Positions 26,331 to 42,084 of a stretch of DNA of 64,000 bases are shown here, piece after piece (within the stretch, counting starts at the first letter, position 1; the number at the start of each line of letters is the position of its first letter). The DNA is from the human T2T-CHM13v2.0 reference genome, Homo sapiens, in assembly GCF_009914755.1 (NCBI RefSeq), contig NC_060927.1; one strand, written 5' to 3'. The translations under genes were made by a program, and so were the position numbers. A model generated the notes under the pieces. The model was not told the origin of the DNA and did no database searches. It saw nothing but the letters and a program-made list of their open reading frames with translations.

Positions 26331-27294
26331 CTACCTTAGATGATGAGATTCCATATTTTCTTATATCATAATTACTGCAGCTGCCATGGTAACTTACTGG
26401 GAAACCTTTTCTGTTTCTTCTTGGCTTCTTGATATTACAGACGTACTCAGTCTGCTCTGCCCTTCACAATTTACTGAACAACTTCCTGTAACCTATACTT
26501 GGGTTTGCCCCGAAGCCTGTGCTACCTTGAGCAGTCCTTTCTAGGTTGGCCAGCGTGACAAGAATCCTTAAGGGATATGTATTAAATATATAGATCACCC
26601 TGTCAATTCTTGTTCAGTAGGTCTCAGTTACAGCAATAATCTTTCTTTTTTTTTTTTTTTTGTTCTATCAAGTTTCAGTGATTCTTATCTTCAGCCAAAT
26701 TTGGAAGCAGTGCCCTAGGTGGTATGATTAATTACTGTTATGATTAATTACCATCTCCTCACTTGTCCCACTTCCTCACCTCCCTTTCTGACTAGGTCTA
26801 GCAGGCATCCTACTTTTGTTTTCAAGACTGAAAGTTTGAAAAGAGGTCAGAGAAACCATTTAAGATAATTTTCAATGATAGTCAAAGCTAAAGGGAAATC
26901 ATTTTCTTGAGGAACTTGTGTGGTTTTTCACCTTCAATGGAGTAAGAGCCATGATAGGCAGCAGTAGAAGTCTTTGATGATTTTAGTTCTAAGAAAGAAA
27001 ACTGATACAAACCCACTTAGTTGGTTCAGCATATTACCAAGTATTTATTGTATCCAATTTTCTCAGGTTTGAAGACCACAATGTTACCACCATTATACCT
27101 ACATCTACACAATGGTGTTGTGTATTAGTATCCAGTCTTGCAGCATTTGTGATGATGTTCTCAAAATTTTGTGTCTGACATTTTTTGTCTCCACATTTTT
27201 ATGTAGAAATGAAAAGTGGAAAAAAGGGGCAAACCTAGGTAAAGATGAGTCATGTTGGTATCGTTTTGTGAAGGACATGATGTACAACTCTTCC

Positions 27295-27560
27295 ATTTGA
27301 CATTTATTAAGCACATGCTATGTACAAGGCACTGTGTAAGGCTATGGTTTCACAGCAGTAAATAAGAAAAACATATAATCCTGTTCTTACTAGACTTCAT
27401 AATAAAATTCACAGTCTAGGACAGAAGAGATACTTTCTTTAAGTTAACATACTTTTCAATATCATTGTGGTAAGTTACATTAAGGAGAAGTTCAAGGTAA
27501 AATGACGAGATGTTAATGGAGGAAAATAAGCAAGTTTAGAAGTCAGTTAAGGTTCTCCAT
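27295..27560 (-). mobile_element. L2 fragment
   Basis: CATTTATTAAGCACATGCTATGTACAAGGCACTGTGTAAGGC. Confidence 0.6.
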
Positions 27561-28569
27561 GGAAATGATAGTTAGCTCATATATTTTTCCTCTGATTTGT
27601 ACTTTTCAATCAAATAAATGAATAGATTACATTTTTTCACAAAAGGAAATTTTTGAAAAACAGAGGTTTGCAGTTATATGCTGTGATTTGATTCTCTCGG
27701 AGATATGTCAATTAATGTACAAGGACAACTTTCAAAGCCAAAATACTTTGAGTGTCACTGTGATTCTGCTACAACAATTGTTAGCAAAGCCAGCTCTTTT
27801 CTTCCTCCTGTTTTGAAACAAGTACCCAACTGCAGTTAGCTTCTTTGCAGATAGACAATAGAAATAGATATGAAAACTTAAAAAAAAGAGAATGACTATG
27901 TCTAGGTAGGCGTATGTGTGATTTTTTTTTTTTCATTTTTATTGGCTCTGTTCAAGATACGTGACTCTAGAGAACATCAGAAATAGCATAGTTGATCAGA
28001 CAGTACCATTTCTGTTTCTATGTGAGCCCAGGGAAATAAATTACATTTTTTACCTTTCCAACTAGTTGCAGTGCATCTATAAAAGTATATGTCTATCAGT
28101 AATATCCAGGAAGAAATAAAATCTCGTGAGTATTTTCTCATGTCCTATGGTCATTGCGTCCATTTTTTCAGGTTGTGTTGGAGGCCATATATCACATCCA
28201 AGATCTATGCATGTTTTTTTAATAACTAATAAGACTGGTCAGGATTGTATTTTTTAACTACCACCTCCATCAGAAGAAACCTATATCCAAACACAATTCT
28301 TTGGGTTAGGGGAAAGAAATGTATGTCCTTTATACCGAATTTAATTTCCAAAGGCAAAACTCCAGCATGATTTAGGAAGTGGACATGGACCTGGAAGCTT
28401 GTGATCATTTTCAGGACAAGGTCAAGTTCAAACTTACACAGCTACCACCTATCAACGGCAGAAGAAGAAAGATGACCTGAAAACTCCTTTTACATCCTGT
28501 CAGAGAACAGAGTGCTTCAAGTGTATATATACCCAGACTGTTACATTACTGCATTAGCATAGCTGTTAA

Positions 28570-29050
28570 ATACATTGATTCACCAAGTGAAGGCTGCCAT
28601 GTGTTCCTAGCACTGTGCTAGGAAATGTGAATACAATTGAGAATAAAAACAAACTCAAGTTTCTGCCATGACAGAACTTATATTCCGCTCAGAGATGGGC
28701 AATAATACACTAAAAAAGAAATACATATATTACAATCATGCAGTGCTTATTATAGAGGAAACAAAGACAGTTCAGCAATAGATGCCATTGGTATGGAGGG
28801 ATCACATAGAAAGAAATGTTAGGTAAGGTCCTTATAGGTGGTGGTATTTAATTAAATATTTCAAAAGTGAAAATATATTCCAGCCATGTAAATAATGGGA
28901 AAAGTGTCACATCCATTTGCCAAGATAATGAGACAGGACCTCCCTGGGTTTGAGGCTCATTGAGGAGATTAGTGTGTTTGAAGTGTAGATGAGAGTGGAA
29001 GAAGAAGATGAAGTGGAGAAGTGCCTGGAAACCAGATCATTTAGTGCCTC
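28570..29050 (-). mobile_element. L2 fragment
   Basis: CCATGTGTTCCTAGCACTGTGCTAGG...ACAGAACTTATATTC...CCAGATCAT. Confidence 0.55.
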
Positions 29051-29226
29051 TTAATTTTATACAATTTACTGAAAATAAACTATAGTTGACCTTTGAACAA
29101 CGTGAGTTTGAACTACTCTGATCCACTTATACATGGATTTTCTTTCACCTCTCCCACCCATGAGACTGCAAAACCATCTCCGCCTCCTCCTTCTCCTATT
29201 ATCCCTCTTCCCCTTCCTTGTGATAA

Positions 29227-30438
<1,212 letters not shown>

Positions 30439-31019
30439 TGATCCACTTCCACTTAATGAATAGTAAATATATTTTCTCTGTCTTATGATTTTCTTGATAA
30501 CATTTTCTTTTCTCTAACTTACTTTAAGAATACAGTATATAATATATGTAACATACAAAATATGTGTTAACCAATGGTTTATGGTATCAGTAAGGCTTGC
30601 AGTCAATGGTAGGCTATTAATAGTTAAGTTCACAGGGGTCAAAAATTATACATGGATTTTCAACTACACAGGGGGTCAATGCCCCTAATCCCTGAGTTGT
30701 TTAAGGGTCAACTGTATATAAAACCTTCTTAACTGTTGGAAATATGTAGAAGATAAAGTAAGAAGAGGTTGTAGAGGTGTGAGTTTTTTTAAAGCTAAGA
30801 AAGATAATACTAGGTTTTTCAATTGGTTGTATCAGTTCTATTGAAGAAGGTACACGACTAGGATGATATGGAATGAGGGAGTTACTATAGAAGTTAGACC
30901 TAATGCAATGATGAGAACTGATTTAAAAAGCTCTGCAAGGTTGTTGCCTTTGGGGCTGGTGTTGAGCTTAAATTGAGGGAGAGGAAAGACAAATTGGAAC
31001 CTCTCACTGGCTCCTCATT

Positions 31020-31370
31020 ACCTCCAACCTTGATGATGATGATAACCTGTCGGACGGGTGATGACTGCCACAGAGTTGTGTGCATATCTGGCCTAGAACT
31101 CTGAAAAGGCAAAGGAAGAGACCTGGGAGGAGCTGGAGGAGCTGAGGGTCTGGGTGCACTCTACAACAACTAGGTGAGCTGGCATCTCAGCAACAATATC
31201 CATGGACGGCTCTTGTGTCTGACCCTTGGAGCATATCGACAGCTGCTACTCCACTTGCACCACCCAAATCTCCCATACATGTCCCTTGATCTAACCTGGA
31301 ACCACAGAAGAAAAGGAATTTGGGGAGTGTAGCTACTATAGGTAAGTTGACACAGAACAAAACCATTGCA
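31020..31370 (-). mobile_element. LTR33/LTR16-like ERVL LTR fragment
   Basis: CTAACCTGGAACCACAGAAGAAAAGGAATTTGGGGAGTGTAG...AAGTTGACACAGAACAAAACCATTGCA. Confidence 0.55.
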
Positions 31371-32339
31371 TGGAAGGTAATGACAACAACGAAAACTATG
31401 AAAACCACTTATAGTGACATGGCTTAATCTTTTGGTGTTGGTAGTTTGGGATGTTGTTATGGTGAGCGTGTGCATTTTGAGGAATTTGTATTGATAAAAA
31501 AGAGACATGATTCTCACATGATCTTTGTTCTCTCCTCTTATTTTACTGGAAGACAAATTCTCATATCCATATAAACTTTGCTTTGATAATCTGTGACACT
31601 GTTAATAATCTAAAATTTTGCTTTTATAATAACTTTATTTTGAACCACATACAACCCCAAGAAACAGATGCTAAAATTAAAAATGTAAATTGTGGAAGAC
31701 TATGTATACATTCATAATTGCCTGATATTCAAGAACACCCAGAAATATATTCTAGAAGATTCTCAGAGCTGGAGGAATCTATAGACCCAGGGGTTTTCAA
31801 ATATTGTTTGTCATTAGAGATCAAAGAATTCCTTTATGCAGAGCATTAAAATAAAGGATGTGAAAAAGGCTACCAATAGCTTTGACTGAGGCAGGAGTAA
31901 GAGATTCAGTAGCACCTGTCATTTTACCTTCTGTAGTCACTGAAAGAATTCTAGGAAATAAAACAGAACACCAACCTAAGAGGCCTCTTGAGGCTGGCTC
32001 TGTCTCATTCTCTTCCTCTTTGAAGAAAGATTCCATGCTTCTATTGTAGCCCCAAGATAAATGCAACTACACAGCACATAAATGGGAAATTGAACTTTCA
32101 TTGAAGACTCTTGAGTAAAGACAGGGAAGAATGTTAACCCTGTTGCCCATACCATGTGGCAAAATTGCATTAAAATACTCTTCTAAACATGTTTTTTCCA
32201 GGTTCCTTCAGCCATGCGCTTCTTTCCCCATCACCAAGGTACCACTTCCTGAAATTTCCTTTTTGTCTGAATAACAACAATTACATAACTCAGTGAAAGA
32301 AATACATTTAGATAATTTAAACTACCCTCCTAAATAATA

Positions 32340-32560
32340 AAAACTCTCATTTACAGAGTGCTTAGTATGTTTCAAGAAGTGTGCAAATTGTGTTACATGC
32401 ATTGGCCCTTTTTTGTCCCAAAACAACTCCAGTAGATAGCTACTATTATCTCCTGTTTTATAGATAAAGAAACTACGGCAAAGAAATGTTAACTAATTTG
32501 TCTAAAGTCAATCAGGTAATAAGTGGTAGAGGCAGGCAACAAATCCCAGGCTGAGGTCTT
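32340..32560 (-). mobile_element. MIR
   Basis: CTATTATCTCCTGTTTTATAGATAAAGAAACTACGGCAAAGAAATGTTAACTAATTTGTCTAAAGTCA. Confidence 0.75.
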
Positions 32561-32830
32561 CCTAAGAAAGATAGCAAGGACGCAGTATTGTTATTCAGTC
32601 AGAGCTTTGAAATACCTCATGCTCCACCAACTCAAAAGTATTCACCAAACAAAACCAGTTGCCTCCTGCGTGGTGGAGAAGAAGATTATAATGCTTCCTG
32701 AAGAAAATACAATATTCATTGTAATGTTACAGCTGTTTGAAAACCACTAGATCTTCTGATGCTCACATTTTTGAAAGCCAAAACATTTCTCCAGCAAGTC
32801 ATCACAACTATTTGTTGAGCTGAGTTATAA

Positions 32831-33340
32831 TATGGCAGATTGCATATTCCAAAGATATTCACAAAAACATCCCCCGTCCCACAAGCTACTGCTACACTAT
32901 GACTTTGACATGCCTCCCATTAAGAGATAGGGTTTATGCTCCCTCCACTCAATCTAGGTGGGCTTTTGACTAGGGTGAATGTAAGGCTATATGTCTTTGA
33001 AGGCTAGTTCCTACCTGGCTCTCTTGGGCTATTCACTCTTCAAAGCCAGCTACTAGTCTGTGAAGAAACCCAAGCTAGCCCACTCGGAGGTCATGTGTAG
33101 GTGCTCTAGCCAAGAGTCCAGCCAACAGCCAAGTTAACAACCAGATACATGTATGTAAAGACGCCTCCACATGAGACTTCCTAGCCGAGGGCCCCTGACA
33201 TCATGGTGCAGAGACAAGCAATACAGGTTCTGCCCTGTCCAAACTCCTGATCCACAGAATCCATGAGCACAACACTATGAGTGTTTCATGCCACTGTGTT
33301 TTTTTTCATGGCTTGTCACATAGCAATAGTAACTGGAACT
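32831..33340 (+). mobile_element. MLT1H-like MaLR LTR
   Basis: TATGGCAGATTGCATATTCCAAAGAT...TGCCCTGTCCAAACTCCTGATCCACAGAATCCATGAGC...CATAGCAATAGTAACTGGAAC. Confidence 0.85.
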
Positions 33341-35094
33341 TACAGGGAGGAAAAAGGTTCAAAGAAGAAGTGAGCTCTCAAAGGTCCTAGAACTTATACT
33401 CAAGATGCTCTCAAAAATATTCACTGAATTTGACTGCTGCATAGCAACAAAGCCAGTATTACAATCTCAGCAGCACCCTGTCTGCTGCAGCACCAAGTTT
33501 TCTCCAATTACGCTTCGACGTAATAAAAAATAAAAAGGAGATTTTGCTATCCCAGCTATTAAAATCCATGGTAACCAGGACTTTAAATATATGTAATATA
33601 TGCTGCTAAAGTTCTTGGAAATACTTTGTTCTCATGAATAAGTAAAATACTCTTCCAAATATTTAATTTTTACTTTCAAAGTAGTTTCTTGACTTTTTGT
33701 TCCCACTCTAGATGCCTCCTACATTGATTTCTCACTCTCTATATATTCCCTCTCCTCCAGTCAAGAAGTTTTGTCCAGCTTTACTTTCTGGCTTATGTAA
33801 GAAATAGGTGTAGTAAATAGGCTTTCCCAAACCTGGCATGCTTCTGGGTGACAGATTCTGCAATAGTTCCTCATCTCCACTGGAATCACAGTTTTGTGGC
33901 ACCACTTCAGAAATCATTTTTATACTCGTAAAAAGGTAAATAGTAGCTTGTTCCCCACCCAAATTACAATGATATTCTAATTACTTGGTTCCAAATTCAC
34001 CATCCATTATTCTCTCCCAGATTCCCTGCAATATTCTTCTATTTCTGAGCAAACATCAATTGTGCCAATGTCTTAAGTACCGTCAATCTAAACTGAAATG
34101 GTGCCAGCTTCCTTAATATCATCACCAAATACCTTATTAATTAATTAATGGTGCTGTGAATAATAAAGTACTGGTGTTGTTAAACCAGGCAAAAAGCAGT
34201 AGGTAGGCAAAGGCAGCAACTGTTCCAGCTTACCGGAATATCTGTCAACTAGCTAGAAGGGGAAGGTGAGCATTTCCACTGGACATTAAAACAAAATCAG
34301 CAGGAAAATAATAATAACTCACAATTGGGAGCCACTGTCCTGATGAATGCTTTCGAGGTAAGATGCTCTTCAGGTTGGTAAAGTGGGACTTTTTCACATA
34401 AAGCCCAAGGTTTCCGCCTACTGGTAATCTAATGAGAGAAGTGCTGGCTCCTCTTGTGTTTGTTTTAAAGCACCTTTCAGAATTGGGAGTAAATGTAATT
34501 CATTGGACAGGCCACACGATGAATTGGTTTCACAGTCCACTCTGTCAGCTTTATGATGCTGAAAGCAAAGATGGAACAAGAAGAGTGAGTATTGAGGACA
34601 AAATAGAGTGAGCAATAAGAGAACAACAAAGCTATCGCTGTTGAAAAGAGCTTTTACTCAAGAGTATTGAATAGCACACTGACTTTTTTTTCCTCCTCCA
34701 ATCCAGGTGAACAGGGCTGAGAAGACCGTCATTGTTTCAAATGATTGATGTTATTTCTTACAGTTTGTCACCATTACCACAAGTATGGTCTGGATTACTT
34801 TGTTTGCTCAGCTGTTCCTGGCTCTGCTCATCTTGCCTCAAACCAAGCAACTAAGAGGGGCATGGATCATAGGGTCCATCAGCTGCCTGATGGAGCCCCA
34901 CATTCGGGCCTTCCCCCTCCTCTACTCATCAATCTCCATTGTCCTGGCAAGAAGGTAATGTCTGCGGCAGTACATGCCACCCCCAAGCTGTACAATACAT
35001 AATACGATCATGCTTTCCAAAATGGCCAGCTTACTGTGATTGGTTAAATATCCCCCTGGTTCATGTAAAGCATGAAGTGAAGGAGGATGAGGGG

Positions 35095-35278
35095 AAGTTG
35101 CTGACATTTTTTAGTATCTGCTTTGTGAAAGGCACTGTGCTAATTTTTTCACATATATTACCATACTATTTAGCCTTATGATAATTCTGTGGAGTAGGTA
35201 TCATTTTTTTCCCGTTTTACAGATAAAGAAACTGAGGTTCAGAAATAATACACAATTCGCCAAAGGCTAATCAGTTCC
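35095..35278 (-). mobile_element. MIR
   Basis: CCCGTTTTACAGATAAAGAAACTGAGGTTCAGA. Confidence 0.8.
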
Positions 35279-35279
35279 T

Positions 35280-35412
35280 AGTGTCGGAGTACAGAAAATG
35301 ATTCCCCAAAATGTGGCACTGGGGCATGCTGAGTGCTTCTGTAAATTGAAAGGGCTCAGAAATAAGCCTCAGAATCAGGGTTCCCCTAACCTTGTCTTGT
35401 CCCCCCACCCCA
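35280..35412 (+). mobile_element. MER39/MER34-like ERV1 LTR 5' fragment
   Basis: CAGAAAATGATTCCCCAAAATGTGGCACTGGGGCATGCTGAGTGCTT..AAGCCTCAGAA. Confidence 0.65.
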
Positions 35413-38279
35413 CCGAGTGCAGCTGCATTTTGAGTTAACCCTGTAGGATGAGCTTTCAGAGTTTTACGCCTTTTTGTTGTGCAGAGCAAGCACATGATTC
35501 ATCAGTTTTTGTTTTTTATCTTTAGCATGCTTGTTTTTCTTTTTCTGTATGTGGTGCTGTGGCTTGTTGTTAGACATCTGGGCAGAAGAGTTGAGCTAAT
35601 GTTGTAAGTAAAACACTTAAATTAAAACTTCAAATATCTCCTCAACTTATAATTAAATGTACCATATGGTTCTATTTTACGGAAAGCTGGGGCCTAATTT
35701 AATGTTTTCCTTTTTCAGCAACAAATTTTACTGGCTTGTTCTCAATCATTTTTATGTCACAAAAACAATTACTACCAAGGCAATATTTTGAGATTATTAG
35801 ACAGAAACAACCTCTTACCTGGGGATAAAAATATTGTTTCTGGTGTGCCTGTATCATTATTTAAGCTCATCTGGGAATAAAAAATTGTTGCTTGGCTTAA
35901 CATTTGTTGTGTCAGTGTAACAAAGGTTCACACTTTTCTCCATGTTTCGTCATTTTACTTTCTGTTTAATTTGAACGCAATCTGAGACAAAATGCTGATT
36001 TTTGCACATTTTAACAGATAGGGTTGAGCATCATTTGGGGTGTTCTAAAAATGTCCAGTAAGCAAGTTACAAATATAAGACCAACTTTCATCACCTGAAA
36101 AAGTTCATATCTTCTTGTCAACTTTACTAAAAGAGGAAAGTGGGAGGTGGAGACTGTTAATTAATATTTAAAGAGAACAGCCTTTTAAAGAGGCAATTCC
36201 AATTTTCTGTCCACCTTGCTTCTGCAGGCACATTCAATGACTCCACTCCTTAACTCTTTTTAACAAGCTACTTGTTTTTTTATTTGAAAGGTAAGTCATA
36301 GTTTGTAATCTTCCCCACCAAATATATTCTGTGCAAAATTGTTCCTCCAGACATTATTAGTCACCAGCTACATAGGCATCTGTTAATATGCTTCATTGCC
36401 TAAACGCAACACTTAATTCATTTTCATTTTTAAAGTGACACAATCTCTGCCCTTCAAGGAACACACGATCTAAAGCAAACACTTTCAAGGGTGTAATAAC
36501 CCTGAAAGTGAGAATGTGAATGACTGTATTATCAGCTCCAACAAGAAGTCATTGTGCACAGAAAAGGATTTATTTAAAGGAGATACTTGAATGAATTAAT
36601 AAAAACTAGGATGTAAAGTGCTTAATTTCTTTACCATATAGTCACATTTTAGAATCCCATGCAGATCTGTGAAAAAAAATGAGGTAGACCAAAACCCAAG
36701 TACTGACATGGGATCATCACCAAAACAAATTAAATTTAAAATGGCAAGTTATATTAACCCAACAAATATTTCAGGATTGCTTTAGTATGTTTCAAACACT
36801 CCTCTCACTTCTGGTTATAGCAGAATCCACAAAGTCCCCGCCCTCATGCATTCTGATATAATCCCAATTTACATTTTTAAAAAATAATAAAGTGATCTAT
36901 GTACAGACACATAAATCTATGTAACTGAGTAGAAAGAGGCCTCGAAGGATGCACACCACGTAGCTGAGTGTTTGCTTCTGGAGAGTAAAGTAGGAGCAAG
37001 AAGGTAGTGAAGGGAGGCATTTTGTATGTGGAGAACAATTTGAACAAGAGTTGAAAGAAAAAGTCACTGCTAGCATCTTATCACAGTTTACAAGGAATAT
37101 GTCCTGAGACTGCTCACAATCCCCGAATTTGCCAACACAGTTAATTTTCCCTTGAATCATGGATCCGTGGAGAGTCACATGAGCGACCCACAGTGTGTAA
37201 AATCATATCCCTAGTTTGATGTTATTTCATTTTCATTGTTTTATATATCGGTTACTGGACTTTAAGAAAAACAAAATGAACAAGAAAGACTGTCACCTTG
37301 AAAGAGTGACAATCCAGGCGTGAGAAAGGCAACTGGCAAAGCTAAGCAGAGATGCAGTTGTTTGGCTGTTAGTTTGTTTCACTGCTGAATAAATAACTGG
37401 CTTCACACATCAGTCTTGTAAGGAGTGATAAGAATAATTCAGATTTGTAGCTCAACAAAATGACAAATTACTATATATCAGGGCTCACCGTGGGATAGTG
37501 AAAATATAAATGTTGGAGCTGCCAAGTCACATATCCAGCCTTAAAAATTAAAAAAAAAAAAATGAAGGCAGATGGTGTCTGGAAAGTGCATCAATTCTGA
37601 CTCTGATGGGCTTCTGAAAGACTCTTGCAGGGCCTGGCAAGAGGGTGGAAGTGTGCAGGTGCAACCAATAAATAGCCCAGTACAAAAGTAAGTTGACAAA
37701 TGAAAACCCATGCCAATCACATAGATGATATTGCTAGACTCTGCCACGTGTGAAAACACCTTCATGTCCGCATTGGAAGAGAAAACCTCTGGACTTCTGG
37801 CTTATGATTGAATTCCCTTTTGACCTTTTGTTTTGGAATAATTGGGGAGAAGCATAGGGTAAAATATCAGGTGGCAATGGTAAGCTTCCTCTGGGCCTAA
37901 TTAATACAGAACTCTTTCCAGCAGGGGCGTGGTCTGTATCTGGAACTAGCTGCCTTGATGTATGCAGTGGAATTGTCTCTTTATAGGTAGGCAGGTTTGT
38001 CTCAGGACCCTGGTAGAAAGTTATCTGTCTGTTTTACGAGGCCCACCCAGGAAACGGAGCTCTGTAATTGGTAAGTGAAGTTACTCTGTACATAAGGAGG
38101 GCTTTACATAAATACACCAAATATAACATGATCCTAGTTGTCTTTTCCCAAAACAAAGATATTTGAACTGTTGCCTAAAACTCAAAGTTACTATTTTGCC
38201 ACCTTACTAAATTGCCTTTACAGGGGTCAAAAACTTCTATATACTCCCATCCATCAACTATTATCATAGGCACATTTAA

Positions 38280-38558
<279 letters not shown>

Positions 38559-41500
38559 ACGTTTACATTTTTTGATAATTTTTGAGAGACTGTTTTTTGG
38601 GCTGTTAGATAAAACTAACACCATTTTTAAAAAACTGTTTTTATAATAGTTGCTCACATACAGTATACAGACAATTGGAAGATTAAAAGGAAAGCATTTA
38701 AAAGTTACTTGAGAATGTTGAAAAATAGCAGTAAGTGGCAGTTTAAATACTTGTTAAGTGTAGTGTCAAAATTGATTGGGGCTTTATGGAAGGAATGCCA
38801 AATTTTAAAACATTATTTAATTCTTCATGTAGTCCTCTCAGTTGTTCTTCACTGTTCCAAGAATACAAGTAAATTATTTACCAGTAACATGTTGTCAGAC
38901 ATGCAGGTGTCTCCTAATATTTTTTATTCACATTATCAGCTCCAGCAATTTAATGAGCTTCCTGCCAGCCACACATAAGTAGATGAGATAAGAGAACTGG
39001 AAGATCTCGTATGTGTGTTGCTTATATCAGAAATGCAGATGCATGGGTGCACGATCAAAATAGACTAGCAAACCACAGCAGTGCATCATTGTAACAGCCT
39101 GGAATACTCCATTAAAACACCTCTTGGTGGCTCGATTTGCCTTCTTGTTCTAGATCAGATTTCAGGTCATTTATACACAAACACCCATCATAGAGCCCAC
39201 TCTATTAGCCACAGGAAACATTATTCACTTTACACATTTTCTTGTAACTAATACTTTTCCCACAAAAATCTCCACAGTAATTTTTCAAATGGTTTGAATC
39301 TTTTTTATTCTTGTTGTTTTGGTAGAGAAAAAGCTTTATAACCTGTGAAAAATGACAAGTTGAATAAATTATTAAAAGGCCCTTAACATTTGATGGTGTA
39401 AGACCCCAAGAAAAGATATCCCTTTAATATTATGATGTAAACTATCAGGACCATACTACTTGTAAGAAAATGACAGTAAATCCTTTTGAATATTTATTTC
39501 TAAGATTTACAGAGTATTAATAGGGTATTTCATTTCATTTGTTTTAAAAAAAAATCAGAACATTAAGCGATAGCATTTCCTCTTCAACTATACTAAATTG
39601 TCTCGACAGCAATGATAATATTATTGCTCTTAATGTAAAGAAGAATTGTAAATCACTTCATCTTTGTATTTATACAAGATAATATCACTATTAATGAGCA
39701 AAGTGACTCAGAAAATGAAACCCATTACATTCCTTTGATTTGACTAGGTTACTGAAAGTAGCAATAAATATTTGTTACAAACAAAAAACAGATTGTCTTT
39801 GTTAAAAATTTCTCATGAAGTAGTAGGGAATTAAACTAAATACCTTCATTTTGAATCAAGCTGAGAAATCAGACAATTTCCTTAAAATTTAGAGCTCCTG
39901 CTAAAATGAGAATATTTACTTTGGGCATCCACTGATTAAAATTGCCAGGGCATCCTTTACAGCTTATATTTCCGTTTTCCCATAAAGTAGATAGAAGTAT
40001 ACAAAATAAAGTAAAACTAATGTATCACAGCCCAAGACAACTGACCTATGTAAAATCATTTTCTTTTTCCACAATATCTTCTGATTGAATTTATCTTTTT
40101 CTCTCATTCTTGCTGTCATCTTACTGAATTTAATCAGTGGAAAATAATTTGTCAAGGGAAGTTTATGCATAATTATGTTTAAGCATGAGATACTTTTCTT
40201 AAAAGACACACAAAGATTATTTAATAATATATTTCCATACTTAAAATGAATGAACATGTTCAAAGATTGGGCTTGTTGTGCAATAACATTTCAGGAGTAT
40301 TTTTAATGGCATTTTTTTCCAATAAGCAAACATGTATCTAACCATGTGATAAAAATGGGCGGAAGGGAGGAATAGCCACAAAGATGAGGAAGACCCAGCA
40401 TTGGACCCAACATAAAGAATGTTTTTAAAATGAGATAATTCTAAGAAGAATCACAATGGCTGCAAAGTCAATTATTCTAATCAAATCACATTTCAAAATG
40501 TAAATTCAATTTCCTATAAGCCCCATGTATGCTTAACAATTTGTGAAGCACCCTGCTATTTCTATAGCTTGTTAGCTGACTTTCTTGAAATGAAGACTTT
40601 GTCAGAAGAACATCTGTGCTCTTTATTCTCATCTATGTTTCTCATGAACTGTGGAGTAAAAGTATTAATACAGCGACGGTGCTGATCGATTGATTCAACA
40701 CACATTTAGTGAACACCTACTGTGTTCCAGGAACATGATGTTCAGTTTCAATTAAGTCCTTTGCAACTTGGAATCCCTCTATCACTAATTAACTGTTTGA
40801 AATTAAAAATACATCAGCACACACAGGCTATCCTGTTGTTGCTAGCTTTATTCTCTTCAAATTAATGAACATTTGAATATAGCTAGATTTCACTGAAATA
40901 ATAAATTCTCGTTCTTGTGCTATTGCAAATTATATCTTTTGATAAAGCAATCTTGCGGAGCAGGGATGTGAATGACATTAAGTTGAGGAATGCATCTGTT
41001 TGCAGTGGGAGAATCAAGAATATTTGAATAAATTATTGATATGTTTTCTGATCAAATAGTTGTGATGATTACATCAGGCATTTGGAATTATTCCAATGCT
41101 GCTGTCTTACAAACTTCAGTGTATCCAGACCTACCTACTACCCAATATTTTCCCTTAATATACTATAATGTGTCTGTTCCTCTATTTCAGAAGCTATGTT
41201 TTGTCCCAGTGTGAATATCATCTAAGGATCAACTTTATTAATCTAGCCCTTTTTCATTTTAACAGCTTAATTAAATCATCATAAAACGTACTGTTTTCCT
41301 GTGAGGATAAAGATCCATTTCCTTAGCCTTTCTCTTCAACATAGTAAATCTCTGAAAAAGCCACCTTCTTGGCATTTCCTAAACTGCACTTTTTCCAAAT
41401 CTATTTTCGTTTCCTTGAGGAATTCCATAATGACCCATCCAATACTTCCTGTGGGTGAGGTCAAATTGTGAACAGCACAGCTTCCTAGATTTATTACCTT

Positions 41501-42084
41501 TTCTGCTAGAAACAAACCAAGAACCCTCCTTTCTTTATTCAGTGCCATCTCATATTGCTTTTTCACTTTGCAAATTTGCCACAGTCTGGTTGTAGGTTAC
41601 CTTTTCTTTTTTTTTTTTTTAACTTTTGGTTATACACACGTCTTGCTCTAAGCTTGTTTACACTGTGTTATAAATATACTTCTTATATCTTTTTCCAGTA
41701 ACCAAGTGATACAAGTTCCTGGTTCCCTTGAAGTCATTTTTCTCACTAAGAAAAAAGAATGACCTGAGCAAAATTAGATGACAGCATAGGATAGCAGAGT
41801 GTTAGTGTCATTTCTGAAGGAATGACAGGGTAGTGTGTTTGTTTATCTGTTTCTGGACTCTGTATTTCTTAAATTTTATTTACATAAACCTAATTATTGA
41901 GTTCAGTTAAAAATAAACAGCAACAACAAAAACTAAAATCAGTAATCTCAGGGGAAAAATGGGATGAAGCATTAGTTAAGTTATATGTAACTACGATAAA
42001 ATATTTTTTGTCCTATATTCATAGACTTTTTATTTAGTCTAGAAAAATGCAAACCAAACAAAATTCAATGATGAAAACACTCTA

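Noticed and set aside
39964-40263. 99-aa minus-strand ORF with a hydrophobic tail
   Set aside because: Low-complexity AT-rich translation, no supporting exon chain, and no recognisable family.
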